Assembly: GCA_050012475.1 (NCBI GenBank)
Contig: JBEKHC010000027.1
Location: 1 to 53,109, forward strand
Length of the DNA: 53,109 nt
Direction of reading: 5' to 3'
From: Candidatus Velthaea sp.
Lineage (GTDB): Bacteria > Vulcanimicrobiota > Vulcanimicrobiia > Vulcanimicrobiales > Vulcanimicrobiaceae
The translations under genes and the position numbers were made by a program. This document shows, piece after piece, positions 9,894 through 18,953 of this stretch. Below the pieces are notes generated by a model. It did not search any database. It saw only the letters and a list, made by a program, of their open reading frames with translations, and was not told the DNA's origin. Position 1 is the stretch's first letter; each line of letters begins with the position of its first letter.

Positions 9894-10097
9894 ATGGCGC
9901 GCATAACCTTCGCGCGGTTTGCGAACGCGCTCGGGCGGCTATTCGGGATCGACGCCGATGCCGCGAGCGCGAAGGCCGGCGATCTGGTCGAGTATTCAGA
10001 ACAGGATCGCAACGCAATCCGGTCGACTCGCCCCGACATCCGGCGAGCACAAAGCGACGCATCGACCCGCGGCGGTGGATCGCGGGACATCGACTAA
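9894..10097 (+). CDS. Small hypothetical protein (67 aa)
   Basis: ATG preceded by GGCAGGA; fills an otherwise empty intergenic region; MARITFARFANALGRLFG...RGGGSRDID. Confidence 0.5.
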   Translation: MARITFARFANALGRLFGIDADAASAKAGDLVEYSEQDRNAIRSTRPDIRRAQSDASTRGGGSRDID

Positions 10098-10143
10098 CAG
10101 GCCGAGCGAGCGCCGTCCCCTCAAACAACCGCATCGCGTACGG

Positions 10144-10319
10144 GCGGCATCGGCAGAGCCCAAACGGAACGGGCGGCTCGGCGCGCAGCCTCAAACGCCA
10201 CTGCGGCTTGCGGCGCAGCCGCCACCGCGACTTTGGCTTTGGGCGAAACCCAAAGCGCAACAACGGCTTGACCGCGGGTCCAAACGCCGGCGCGGCTTAG
10301 GCGAAGTCCAAAACGCCGC
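10144..10319. repeat. Array of about six ~29-30 bp REP-like units (GGCT-variable hairpin-AAACGCC)
   Basis: Units begin near 10144, 10173, 10203, 10233, 10263 and 10292; cores such as GCGGC-gca-GCCGC, TTTGGG-cgaaa-CCCAAA and GACC-gcg-GGTC. Flanks match the reverse complement of the 3.8 kb cluster. Confidence 0.7.
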
Positions 10320-11647
10320 TAATACGGCGAAGCGCTCGCGAAATGAAAGCTGTTGAATTTGACCGCCGGCGTCACCAGCGAGTAGTGATAACTCCCCGTT
10401 CGGGCTTGCGTATCGCCGAGCTCGCAATCGTTGAGCGCGGCGACGATCGAAGCGTTGAAGCGCATGTTGCGGACGCCGCCGCGCAGCACGCCGTTTTCGA
10501 TGAGAAACGTGCCGTCGCGCGTCATCCCGGTAAGCAGCGCCGTGCGCTGATCGACGATGCGCACGTACCAGAGCCGCGTGATGAGCAAGCCGCGTTTGGT
10601 TTCGGCCACCAGCGTCTGGGTCGACTTCGTTCCGGGTTCGAGGACCGTGTAGTTCGATTGCGGTCCGTTGGAATTCGGCGCCGGCAAGGCGTGGCCGGTA
10701 TTGGGCCGGTTCAGCCGCGCAGCCCAGGTCGAGTCGGTGACGATGTCCGCGGCCACGCCGCCGGAGATGAGCGTTACCCGCTGGGTCGCAAAGCCCTCAT
10801 AATCGAACGGCAGGCCCGGGTTGAGCGGGTGCGCGTAGTCGTCGCGGAGCGTGACATTGGCGCCGAGAACCGGCTGGCCGAGCTTGCCGGCGATGAATGA
10901 CGAGCCGTCGCTGTAGGATTCGGCCGAAAAGTGCAGGGTGAGAAAACGCAGCAGTTCGCCGATGGCGGCGGGGGCCAAGATGACCGTCCAATCGCCCGGG
11001 TCGACGGCGAGCGGCGCGCACGTCTGGCGAGCGATGCGGGCCGATTCGGTGCCGAGTGCGGCACCGTCGAGCACGCCGACATCGCGTGAATACGCTTCGG
11101 CGAACCCGGTCGAGTCGGCCGCGTTCATCTTGACGTTCGCGCCCGCATCGGTGCCGTCGAACGACATGCGTGCCCCGCGCGAGGTCGCGATCGTCAATCC
11201 GGCATTCGCGGTCATCGCATAGCCCGATGACCACAAGCCGTCGGTCGCGTGGGCGAAGATCGCGCCGGCGATGCGCGCCCGTTCGGTGGGACCGGCGGCC
11301 GCGGTGGCCGGCACGAAGGCGCCCGCCGGCGCGACGGCCGAGCCGCTTGCGGCGAGCACCGGCAGATTGCTCTCACGCGGTGCGAGGAGTGCGATTTCGA
11401 CCGCGCGCGCAGCGACCGTGTCGAGCGCCGCGGCGTCGAGCGCATTGGTGGCGGCGATCCCGATTCGGCCGTCGACGATTGCGCGCACGCGGACGGACGT
11501 GTTGGTCTGATCGATGTTTTGGTTGACGGCTTCGTGGGTGAAGCGGGTCAGTCCGAGCCGGGTGCTCTCGACGCTCACTTCGGTGGCGTCGGCGCGCGAA
11601 CGCGCCAGCACCGCTTCGGCGATCGCGCCCCGTTCGTCAGGCGTCAT
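10319..11647 (-). CDS. tldE: TldE/PmbA-family protein (non-catalytic partner)
   Basis: TRFTHEAVNQN, PFDYEG, TGHALP and LTGMTRDGTFLIENG motifs; no HExxH; overlaps the tldD stop. Confidence 0.85.
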   Translation of the reverse strand: MTPDERGAIAEAVLARSRADATEVSVESTRLGLTRFTHEAVNQNIDQTNTSVRVRAIVDGRIGIAATNALDAAALDTVAARAVEIALLAPRESNLPVLAASGSAVAPAGAFVPATAAAGPTERARIAGAIFAHATDGLWSSGYAMTANAGLTIATSRGARMSFDGTDAGANVKMNAADSTGFAEAYSRDVGVLDGAALGTESARIARQTCAPLAVDPGDWTVILAPAAIGELLRFLTLHFSAESYSDGSSFIAGKLGQPVLGANVTLRDDYAHPLNPGLPFDYEGFATQRVTLISGGVAADIVTDSTWAARLNRPNTGHALPAPNSNGPQSNYTVLEPGTKSTQTLVAETKRGLLITRLWYVRIVDQRTALLTGMTRDGTFLIENGVLRGGVRNMRFNASIVAALNDCELGDTQARTGSYHYSLVTPAVKFNSFHFASASPY

Positions 11648-13088
11648 AGCCGACTCCCACGGAGACTTGGCGAAAACGGGCGGGCGCCGCGGCCTGTGTC
11701 GTGCGGCCGCTTTGAATCGGTTCGCCCTTGCCGCAATTCGGCGTTCCCCAGGCGCGCCATGAGGCGCCGTCGCCGATCGCGTCGCAGCTGTTCCAAAACT
11801 GCGGCGTGACCCCGGCATAGGTCGGGTTCTTGAGCATCCGGCCGCGTTTGCCGTTGCGGATCTCCCAGCCGATCTGACAGCCGAATTGGAAGTTCAGCCG
11901 CCGGTCGTCGATCGACCACGAGCGGTTGGCCTCCATGTACACGCCCTGTCGGATATCGGTGAAAAGCTCTTCGAACGGCGTGGTTCCGGGCAACAGATTC
12001 AAGTTGCACATCCGGATCATCGGCACGTGCATCCAGCTCTGCGCGCGCACGCAGGCGTTGGATTCGCGCGCGATCGTGCGCGCGGTGTCGCGCGAGGTCT
12101 CGAAGCCGGCGAGCACCCCCGCGCGGATGATGTCCGAGACGACGCTCTTGGTGCCTTCGTCGTCGTAAGCCGCCGTCGCCATGCCGCGCGGCAGGAGGTT
12201 GTCGATTTGAATGGTGACGATCGGCGAGCCGTAGGCGAGCGTGCCCAGCTGGTCCGGCGACAGAAAACTCGTGCCGCTGAAATTCGCTTCCCAGCCCATC
12301 ACGCGGTCGAGTTCGGCGGCGTGGCCGCACGATTCGTGGATCTGCAGCGACACTTGCGATCCGCCGAGCACGACGTCCATCACGCCGCTGGGACATTGCG
12401 GCGCGCTCAGCAGGGCGTGAGCCTCTTCGCCCGTGCGCTGTGCGTTCTCGCGCAGCTGCGCGGCCTCGACGATCTCCCAGCCGCCGCTCTGATACAAGCC
12501 GCGGTCGCCCGGCCACATGCGCATTTGCGCGTCGCCGTTGCCGACGGCGAGCGCGCTCAAGCCGCTGCCGCTTTGCACGATCGTCTGCGCGATCTGCGAG
12601 CCGATCGAGGAGAAGAAGAACTTTTCGGCTCGCCAAAGATCGATCCACGCCCGGCCGACCGTAATCGACGGCGTGGCATGCACGAATTTTTCGGCATCGA
12701 GCAGCAGCGCGACGCGTTCGCCCAGCGGGATGTCGAGCGGATCGCGGTCGACCGGAGTCGCGAACGTGTCGACGTAACGCTCCGTGGGTGCCTCGCCGAT
12801 GCGCCGCAACGCGATTGCCGCCGCGGCCCGCGCCGTATCGACGGCTCGCGCCGCGGCGGCATCCAGGGAAGCATCGTCGAAGCCGTTGCTGGCGGCGAAA
12901 CCCCAGGCGCCGTCGACCAGCGCACGGATCCCGTAACCGTCGCTGCGCTCGTCGGCTAAACCGCTGACGTCGCCGTTGCGCACTTCGGCGCGCTCGCTGC
13001 GCGTGCGTTCGAAGCGGACGTCGCAATAAGCGGCGCCGCGAAACGCCGCCGTGTCGAGGACACGGGCGGCGTGGTGCGTGAAATCCAT
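11637..13088 (-). CDS. tldD: TldD-family metalloprotease
   Basis: QIHESCGHAAELDR (HExxxH), YDDEG, RMCNLNL, SWSIDDRRLNFQF and NCGKGEP motifs. Confidence 0.93.
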   Translation of the reverse strand: MDFTHHAARVLDTAAFRGAAYCDVRFERTRSERAEVRNGDVSGLADERSDGYGIRALVDGAWGFAASNGFDDASLDAAAARAVDTARAAAAIALRRIGEAPTERYVDTFATPVDRDPLDIPLGERVALLLDAEKFVHATPSITVGRAWIDLWRAEKFFFSSIGSQIAQTIVQSGSGLSALAVGNGDAQMRMWPGDRGLYQSGGWEIVEAAQLRENAQRTGEEAHALLSAPQCPSGVMDVVLGGSQVSLQIHESCGHAAELDRVMGWEANFSGTSFLSPDQLGTLAYGSPIVTIQIDNLLPRGMATAAYDDEGTKSVVSDIIRAGVLAGFETSRDTARTIARESNACVRAQSWMHVPMIRMCNLNLLPGTTPFEELFTDIRQGVYMEANRSWSIDDRRLNFQFGCQIGWEIRNGKRGRMLKNPTYAGVTPQFWNSCDAIGDGASWRAWGTPNCGKGEPIQSGRTTQAAAPARFRQVSVGVGYDA

Positions 13089-13097
13089 TCCCAAGCT

Positions 13098-15287
13098 CTA
13101 CGGCGTCTGCGGCGCGGTTCCCGGTAGCGTCAGCGCGCACGACCGGATGCCGATCGTTCCGCTGCTCTTGACCGGAGCCGAACCCAACGATCCAACGACA
13201 TAGATCGATTGCAGCGCGATCGGCGGTGCCAGCGACGCCGGGATGCGAACCGTGCGCCGCTGCGCGCCCGTCCAATCGACGGTCTTTGCCAGGGTAAGGA
13301 CCGAGCGCTCACCGTATCGGTCGAGCACTGCGACCCGCACCCCGGCGCCGCCGGCATCACCGTCGATCGCACACGACAAGGCGAGCGGTTCGCCCAGCAT
13401 CAGCGCGGCGTTTGCGTACGCGGCGCGTTCGGTGGCGCGGAAATCGTAGCCGATTTGCAGCGTGCCCTGGGAGGTAAACGCCAGCGTCCCCGGTCCGCCT
13501 GCGGGCACGCTCGAGAAGTGCCATTCCGCTTGCGCGTCCGAGTCGAAGCCCGTCAGCGCCTCATCGTGATGCCCGACGTGGATCGTCTCGCTCGATTTCA
13601 CGTCACCGATGGCCGCCGTCACGAAGCCGTCGAGGTCGCCGGCGGTGAAGGTTCCCGACGCGTCGATCCCGCCGCGCAGTGCGGTCCAACGCACTCGATC
13701 GCCCGTTTCGATCGGCCGTCCGCGGTCGTCGAAGGCCTGCGCGTGCAGGGTCACCGTCGTGTTGGGATCGACGTCCGGACGGTCGGGCGTCAGCGCGATT
13801 TTGCTGACGGCCGGGACGATGGCCAGCGGCAGCGTGGTGCTCGCACCGCCCCGGGAGAGTTGCAGCACGTCGGCTTGCGGGGCAGCAGCGGTGCGCAGGA
13901 CGTCGGCCGCGTCGATCGTCGCGCCGCTGCCTTCGATGCGCCACGGTCCGCTTGCCGGCCCCAAGGGATGCCCGCCGGCATCGACAAGGGTGGAGCGCAA
14001 CGCGACGGCCGTATTCGGCAACGCTTCGATCGTGCTGGGCCGCACGACCAAGCGCGCCGGCGGGCCCAAGGGCGTGGTGCTGTAGAGGAACAGGCCGTCG
14101 GCGACGGGGCGTTCGACGCCGTCGGAGGGGTCGTTTTGCACGCTGGCGCGATCTTCGCCGAGAACGCGCGCGACGAGCGTCGCCGATCCGCCGCTGTCGA
14201 ACTGCATCGCGTCGGATGCGCCCAAGGCGGACAAGAGCGCCGTAAGTTCCGCGCGATCGACGCCGATCGAGATCGCAGGACGCCGTCCGTCGACCACGAC
14301 GAGCGCGATGCTGCCGTCGTGGAGTCGGGCCGCGGCGGCGACGGGGATGCGTTTGGCGCGCGTAGCGTAGCCGGGCGAAGCCGGATCGTCGACGGCGCTG
14401 CCGTTCGACAGCAACGTCGGGCCGCCGCCGATCGCATCTTGCACGCCGGCCAGCGGCGGGTCGGTATCGACCGAAATGTCGATGAGATCGCCGACGTCGG
14501 GCAGCGTTGCGACGGCGCTTTGCGCAGCCGGTCCGAGCGCCAGTGCAAAGACGGGTCCCGACGGCGCCGTGCCGGTGTCGATTTGGGTCACGCGATAGCG
14601 TCCGCTCGGCGGCGCGCCGGCCGGCGTCGTATTTGGCAGCGGCGTGAGTTCGGCGATGACGCAATCCGGGCTCGCCGGCAACGCGCCGTACCCGGGCGTC
14701 AGCAGTGCTGCGCCGTCGTGCGGCGGCCACTCGTTGAGGGTTGTGATGGAAATCGTCGCCGCGCCATTGACCACGGCGGACCCGGTGAAGCGATAGCTCT
14801 CAAAACGCATGCTCCGGTCGCGGGTCACGGTGAGTGCGGTGCGAGCGCTGGGCGAACGGACCAGCACGCCGTTTTGCGCCAGCACGCCGAGCGGTGAATT
14901 CGTATTGCCGATGTCGAAATAATCGGCGTTGATTCCGGCGACCGCGCCGGTGCGTTCGGCCATCGACGACACGGTCTCGCCGGCGGAAACGATGCGGTCG
15001 CGCGCGAGCACGGTACCGAGGCGCAGCGTGGGCTCGCGGGGATCGAATGCGACCAGCGAGATGACGAGCGGACCCGCCGAGGTTTGCAAGTGATACGACG
15101 CGCGCTCGACGCCGGGGGCGACGAATTCGCGGTCGAGCACTTGGCTGATGACGAGCGGAAACGGCGCCGGCGGAACGACTTGATCGGGCAAAAACGCCGC
15201 CGCGGCGCGTGTTGTGAGGAGCGCTCCCACGAACAGCAGCGTGGCACTCGCGGCGGCGCACGATCGCCCGAACGTGCGGCGTTTCAT
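13098..15287 (-). CDS. Secreted phosphodiester glycosidase (NAGPA/DUF2233) family protein with C-terminal Ig-like/carbohydrate-binding-like domains
   Basis: AVAGINADYFD, AIGGGPTL, VVVDGR, AMQFDSGGSATL and NDPSDGVERPVADGL motifs; N-terminal signal peptide. Confidence 0.88.
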   Translation of the reverse strand: MKRRTFGRSCAAASATLLFVGALLTTRAAAAFLPDQVVPPAPFPLVISQVLDREFVAPGVERASYHLQTSAGPLVISLVAFDPREPTLRLGTVLARDRIVSAGETVSSMAERTGAVAGINADYFDIGNTNSPLGVLAQNGVLVRSPSARTALTVTRDRSMRFESYRFTGSAVVNGAATISITTLNEWPPHDGAALLTPGYGALPASPDCVIAELTPLPNTTPAGAPPSGRYRVTQIDTGTAPSGPVFALALGPAAQSAVATLPDVGDLIDISVDTDPPLAGVQDAIGGGPTLLSNGSAVDDPASPGYATRAKRIPVAAAARLHDGSIALVVVDGRRPAISIGVDRAELTALLSALGASDAMQFDSGGSATLVARVLGEDRASVQNDPSDGVERPVADGLFLYSTTPLGPPARLVVRPSTIEALPNTAVALRSTLVDAGGHPLGPASGPWRIEGSGATIDAADVLRTAAAPQADVLQLSRGGASTTLPLAIVPAVSKIALTPDRPDVDPNTTVTLHAQAFDDRGRPIETGDRVRWTALRGGIDASGTFTAGDLDGFVTAAIGDVKSSETIHVGHHDEALTGFDSDAQAEWHFSSVPAGGPGTLAFTSQGTLQIGYDFRATERAAYANAALMLGEPLALSCAIDGDAGGAGVRVAVLDRYGERSVLTLAKTVDWTGAQRRTVRIPASLAPPIALQSIYVVGSLGSAPVKSSGTIGIRSCALTLPGTAPQTP

Positions 15288-16570
15288 CGCACGGCTTCCG
15301 AGCCGGTGACGTGCGCGACCCGCTCGAGTCCGGCCCGCACGTCGGTGTGCGGCGCGACGTTCCAGCGTTCGGTGCGCGCGCGCTCGAAGCTGAACGCCGC
15401 GACATCGAATCCGGGCAAGGTGCCGCACACGATCGCGCCGTCGGGGTCGACGGCGAACGCGCGCCGGTCGAGCGTATCGAGCACGACGACATAGGCCCGC
15501 AATTCCGCGGCGCGCGTTCGCGCCAGCGCGGTGACCCAGCGTGCGGTTATCGAGGCATGCCAAACGAAGAGGCGAACGCCGCCCAATCGCGGCGCGACCA
15601 GCGCGCGCGGATCGAGCATCGCTTCGTCCTGCACGACGCCGACCTCGGCTGACGCGGTGTGCACGTGCGGATCGAGGATGAGTTCGGCGTCGGCGCTCAG
15701 CGCGAGCGCGTGGAGTGCCGGATCGTGCCGCACCGCGATCGCGATGCGCACGCCGTCGGGCAAGATCGCCGGATCGCTGCCGCGGGAAATCGCGGGCGGC
15801 GCGGCGGCGCGCATGATGAACGGCGGACCGATCGCGACCGAACCGTACAGCGTCGTCGGAACGTCTTGTTCGGCGCGCGCGACGAACGATCCATCGGCCG
15901 CGACGATCGCGCTCTTGCCGCAATAGACGACGCTGCGGGCTTCGACGCCGACTTTGTTGGCGGCGACGAGCGGCACGCCGTTCTCGAAGGCGCGCACGTT
16001 GATGAACAGATCGGCTTGCAGATTCTCCCGCACCGCGGGATCGCGTCCGCTGCTCACCCAAGCGGTGGGCACGACGAGCAGCTCGGCGCCGCGGTCGACG
16101 AGCGTGCTCGCGATGGTCGGCAGTCGGCCATCGGCGCAGATCATGATGCCCAAACGGCCGGCCGGAGTGTCGACCGGGTCAAGCCTTTCTCCGGGCGTGA
16201 ACCAGCGCCGATCGAAATGCCACAAGAAGAACTTATCGGCCACGCCGACGACGCCCGCGGCGGTGACGACGGCAGCGGAATTCATCAATCGGTCACCGTC
16301 GTACCGCGCTCCGCCGGACACGATCGTCGTGCCGCTGCCGGCGGCAATCGCGATCAGATCGCGCGCCGCGTCCGCGAGCAGCTCAGGATCGACGCGCTCG
16401 TCACCGATGACATAAGCGGGCACGGTTCCCTCGGGCAGCACGATAAGTTCTGCTCCGGCATCGGCCGCAGCGGCGACACGGGCGCGGATGTCCGGCCAAT
16501 GTTTGGTAAAGTCGCTGCGATCGTGCGCGCGAAGTTGCAGCAGTGCAACGGACCTCGGGCGAGCGCTCAC
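15284..16570 (-). CDS. Carbon-nitrogen hydrolase (nitrilase superfamily) with C-terminal extension
   Basis: E-K-C triad in VLPEG, ADKFFLW and ICADG; RAFENG motif. Confidence 0.9.
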   Translation of the reverse strand: MSARPRSVALLQLRAHDRSDFTKHWPDIRARVAAAADAGAELIVLPEGTVPAYVIGDERVDPELLADAARDLIAIAAGSGTTIVSGGARYDGDRLMNSAAVVTAAGVVGVADKFFLWHFDRRWFTPGERLDPVDTPAGRLGIMICADGRLPTIASTLVDRGAELLVVPTAWVSSGRDPAVRENLQADLFINVRAFENGVPLVAANKVGVEARSVVYCGKSAIVAADGSFVARAEQDVPTTLYGSVAIGPPFIMRAAAPPAISRGSDPAILPDGVRIAIAVRHDPALHALALSADAELILDPHVHTASAEVGVVQDEAMLDPRALVAPRLGGVRLFVWHASITARWVTALARTRAAELRAYVVVLDTLDRRAFAVDPDGAIVCGTLPGFDVAAFSFERARTERWNVAPHTDVRAGLERVAHVTGSEAVR

Positions 16571-16634
16571 GAATACCTGACTCCAATCGACGGCCTTACG
16601 ACGGCCGTTCTTGCACGTAGCATCGAGGATCGCT

Positions 16635-17234
16635 GTGAAACGTTTACTTGCGTGTGTTTCGGTAGTTTCCGTGATGACAACTGCGGCACTCGCCGCACCG
16701 GCGCCCGCCGCGAAACCGGCGGCGAAGCCGGCGCTTGCGAAGAAGGCGCCCCCGATACGGGTTGCGCCGGCCGACGAATATTTCGGCAAGCTCAAGCTGA
16801 GCGTGCTCGGTATCCGCAACACGATCAAGGATGTCGGTCTCAACGTCGACATCGATCAAACGCGTTGGACGCAGCTCGCGAGCAAAGCGGCGTTCGCCGA
16901 AGACGCGGTGCGCGATTGGGAGAAAAAATATCCTCAGGACACGTGGTTGGCCAAGACCGTGTTCGCGCTCGAGCGCATGTATGCCAAGCTCGATTCGGAT
17001 GAAGGGCGCAAACGCTCGCTGGGGACGATGAAGTGGCTGGTCCATGATTTTCCCAAAACGTGGTATGGGAAGACGGGAAAGAAAGAGCTTGCTCTGGGCA
17101 AAGTCGGCCGGCCGCTCGTTGCGGCCGCAGCACCTTCGCCAAGTCCCGCTCCGGACGCATCCGCCGCGCCGGATGCGCTGCCGTCGGCTGGACCGGTGAG
17201 CGACGCCAGCGTCGCGACGCCAGCCCCCAAATAG
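16635..17234 (+). CDS. Secreted hypothetical protein, helical core with Pro/Ala-rich ends
   Basis: GAGG RBS, GTG start, signal peptide, core APADEYFGKLKLSVLGIRN...WEKKYPQDTWL; followed by a terminator. Confidence 0.8.
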   Translation: MKRLLACVSVVSVMTTAALAAPAPAAKPAAKPALAKKAPPIRVAPADEYFGKLKLSVLGIRNTIKDVGLNVDIDQTRWTQLASKAAFAEDAVRDWEKKYPQDTWLAKTVFALERMYAKLDSDEGRKRSLGTMKWLVHDFPKTWYGKTGKKELALGKVGRPLVAAAAPSPSPAPDASAAPDALPSAGPVSDASVATPAPK

Positions 17235-17250
17235 CGCCGCCCGAAATACA

Positions 17251-17290
17251 AAAACAACGGCCCCGGAATCACCGGAGCCGTTGTTTTCGT
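17251..17290. terminator. Bidirectional intrinsic terminator
   Basis: AAAACAACGGC-c-CCGG / CCGG-a-GCCGTTGTTTT stem with A- and T-tracts, between convergent genes; a second hairpin at ~17298-17324. Confidence 0.85.
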
Positions 17291-17337
17291 TTGCCGTGAC
17301 GGGCCGGGGACAACCCGGCTCGTCCGTGCGGCGATGG

Positions 17338-18696
17338 TTAGAACTTGAGGCCGAGACCCAAGTACGCGCCGTTGTGCGTCGCATCTCCGGGTGAGAGCGT
17401 CTTGCCGCGGATCGAATCGCCCAGATAACCGCCGTCGAGGAACACGCCGAATGGATCGTGTGCACCCGTCAGGAGGATCGAGACGCCGATCTGATACTTG
17501 AGAACGCGATCGGTGAACTTCGCGCTCGTACCGGCAAGCCCGCCGGCCGTGGTGAACGCATCGGTCGGGAACGTGTAGTTGGCGTTCACGCTGGGATAGT
17601 AGTACACGCTGCCGTAAACCGAGAACGTTTGGTCGAGATCCGGAAGCTTCTCGGCGCCGAAACCGAAGCCGTTCTGCTTGGGATAGCCGTAGTTCTCGTC
17701 GCGGTGCAGATAGCCCACGCCGATGTAGACGCGCGGATCGGCAACTTTGAGGCCGAAACGTCCGTCCAGATCCGTGTCTTTGGCGGTGAACGACGGGACT
17801 TCGGTTTGACCGTAGCCGCCGATGACCGTTACGAAACCAGGATCGCCGGGGAGACCCGTGCCGCCGTCGATATGCGGATAGCGATAGCTGCGATAGTCGC
17901 CTTCGAGCATCCACGGGAGGCCGAAGAGCGGGAATTCGACCGCGCCGCGCGCGGCATACGACGTTCCGACGCCCTTGTTACCGGCCGAGAACTCGTTGTA
18001 GACTTTCGGATTGAACAGATAATCGCCGACGATGAAGTGCTCGTAGTAGACCGTTGGGGCCGGCGAAGGTGTCGCGGTGGGAGCGGGCGTCGGAGCTTCC
18101 GTCGGGACCGGCGTCGGTGACGGCGGCGGCGGCGGCGGCGGCGCGGCTATGTAGCGAACGACGACCGTTTTGCGTTCCGGAACCCACTGGACGTAGGCTC
18201 CCATGCCTTCGCTGATGACGCGCAGCGGAACCACGACGGTGCCCTTGTAGATTTCAGGCGGGACGTCGAGCGGGCGGCTTTCGCCGTTGATGACGACTTC
18301 GGGCCGGCCGACGGTGACTTTCACATCGGATCCGGGTTTCGAAACGTCGACGGTCTTGGTGGCCGGATCGTAAGAAACCGTCGCACCGGTCTGCTCGAAC
18401 ATCGAACGGAGCGGAACGAGGATCGTATTCCCGCGAACGAGCGCGGCAAGAACACGGTTCTCTTTGAGCCGGTCGGGCTTGGAATAGACGTGGTGGTCGT
18501 TAAAGAGGATTGGAATTTCGCCCGAGGGCGGAGCACCGAAGTCAGCGGGCGGGACTGGGGCGGTCTGTGCGACAAGCGTAGCCGACGACGAGTTTCCTTC
18601 GTTGCCTTTCGCTGCTTGCGTTTGCGCATTGACCGACGTCAGCCCGAATCCCACAGCGACGATCGCCGTAAGAATCCCTGTGCTGAGTCGTTTCAA
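17338..18696 (-). CDS. Copper amine oxidase N-terminal (stalk) domain protein with poly-Pro linker and probable C-terminal outer-membrane beta-barrel
   Basis: Signal peptide; LVPLRSMFEQTGATVSYD and VVPLRVISEGMGAYVQW repeats; PPPPPPPSPTP linker; amphipathic aromatic strands ending YLGLGLKF; AGGGAG RBS and TTG start. Confidence 0.85.
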   Translation of the reverse strand: MKRLSTGILTAIVAVGFGLTSVNAQTQAAKGNEGNSSSATLVAQTAPVPPADFGAPPSGEIPILFNDHHVYSKPDRLKENRVLAALVRGNTILVPLRSMFEQTGATVSYDPATKTVDVSKPGSDVKVTVGRPEVVINGESRPLDVPPEIYKGTVVVPLRVISEGMGAYVQWVPERKTVVVRYIAAPPPPPPPSPTPVPTEAPTPAPTATPSPAPTVYYEHFIVGDYLFNPKVYNEFSAGNKGVGTSYAARGAVEFPLFGLPWMLEGDYRSYRYPHIDGGTGLPGDPGFVTVIGGYGQTEVPSFTAKDTDLDGRFGLKVADPRVYIGVGYLHRDENYGYPKQNGFGFGAEKLPDLDQTFSVYGSVYYYPSVNANYTFPTDAFTTAGGLAGTSAKFTDRVLKYQIGVSILLTGAHDPFGVFLDGGYLGDSIRGKTLSPGDATHNGAYLGLGLKF

Positions 18697-18953
18697 ATAG
18701 GTTTCTCCCTAGCTAGATGTAGTGTGACGTTTGCGGCACTTACCGGATGGGAAGCCGGGTGCGCGGCAAGGCGAAGAGGGTTCCCCTCGCCTGCTCAACC
18801 GAGGCCTTAATACCCATGGAGTAGAGCCCTTAATCACGTGAGCAAAGCATGGAAATGCTCTCTCGTTTGTGGCTGCGTTGCCAAGCGACACTGCCTTCTG
18901 CGGTGAAAGCAAACAGGAATGTCCGCATCCACGCAGTCGTCATAGTCAACGTC

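Noticed and set aside
10144..10319. CRISPR array
   Set aside because: The period is only ~30 bp, the conserved part is short and degenerate, the variable parts are self-complementary hairpins, and there are no cas genes in the window.
18118..18143. (CCG)n microsatellite as a phase-variation tract
   Set aside because: It is an in-frame trinucleotide run encoding the poly-Pro linker; slippage would not switch the frame.
18697..18950. Riboswitch or ncRNA in the long leader of the barrel gene
   Set aside because: Local hairpins exist (e.g. GGCGAGGGG-aacc-CTCTTCGCC on the minus strand), but I recognise no family consensus.
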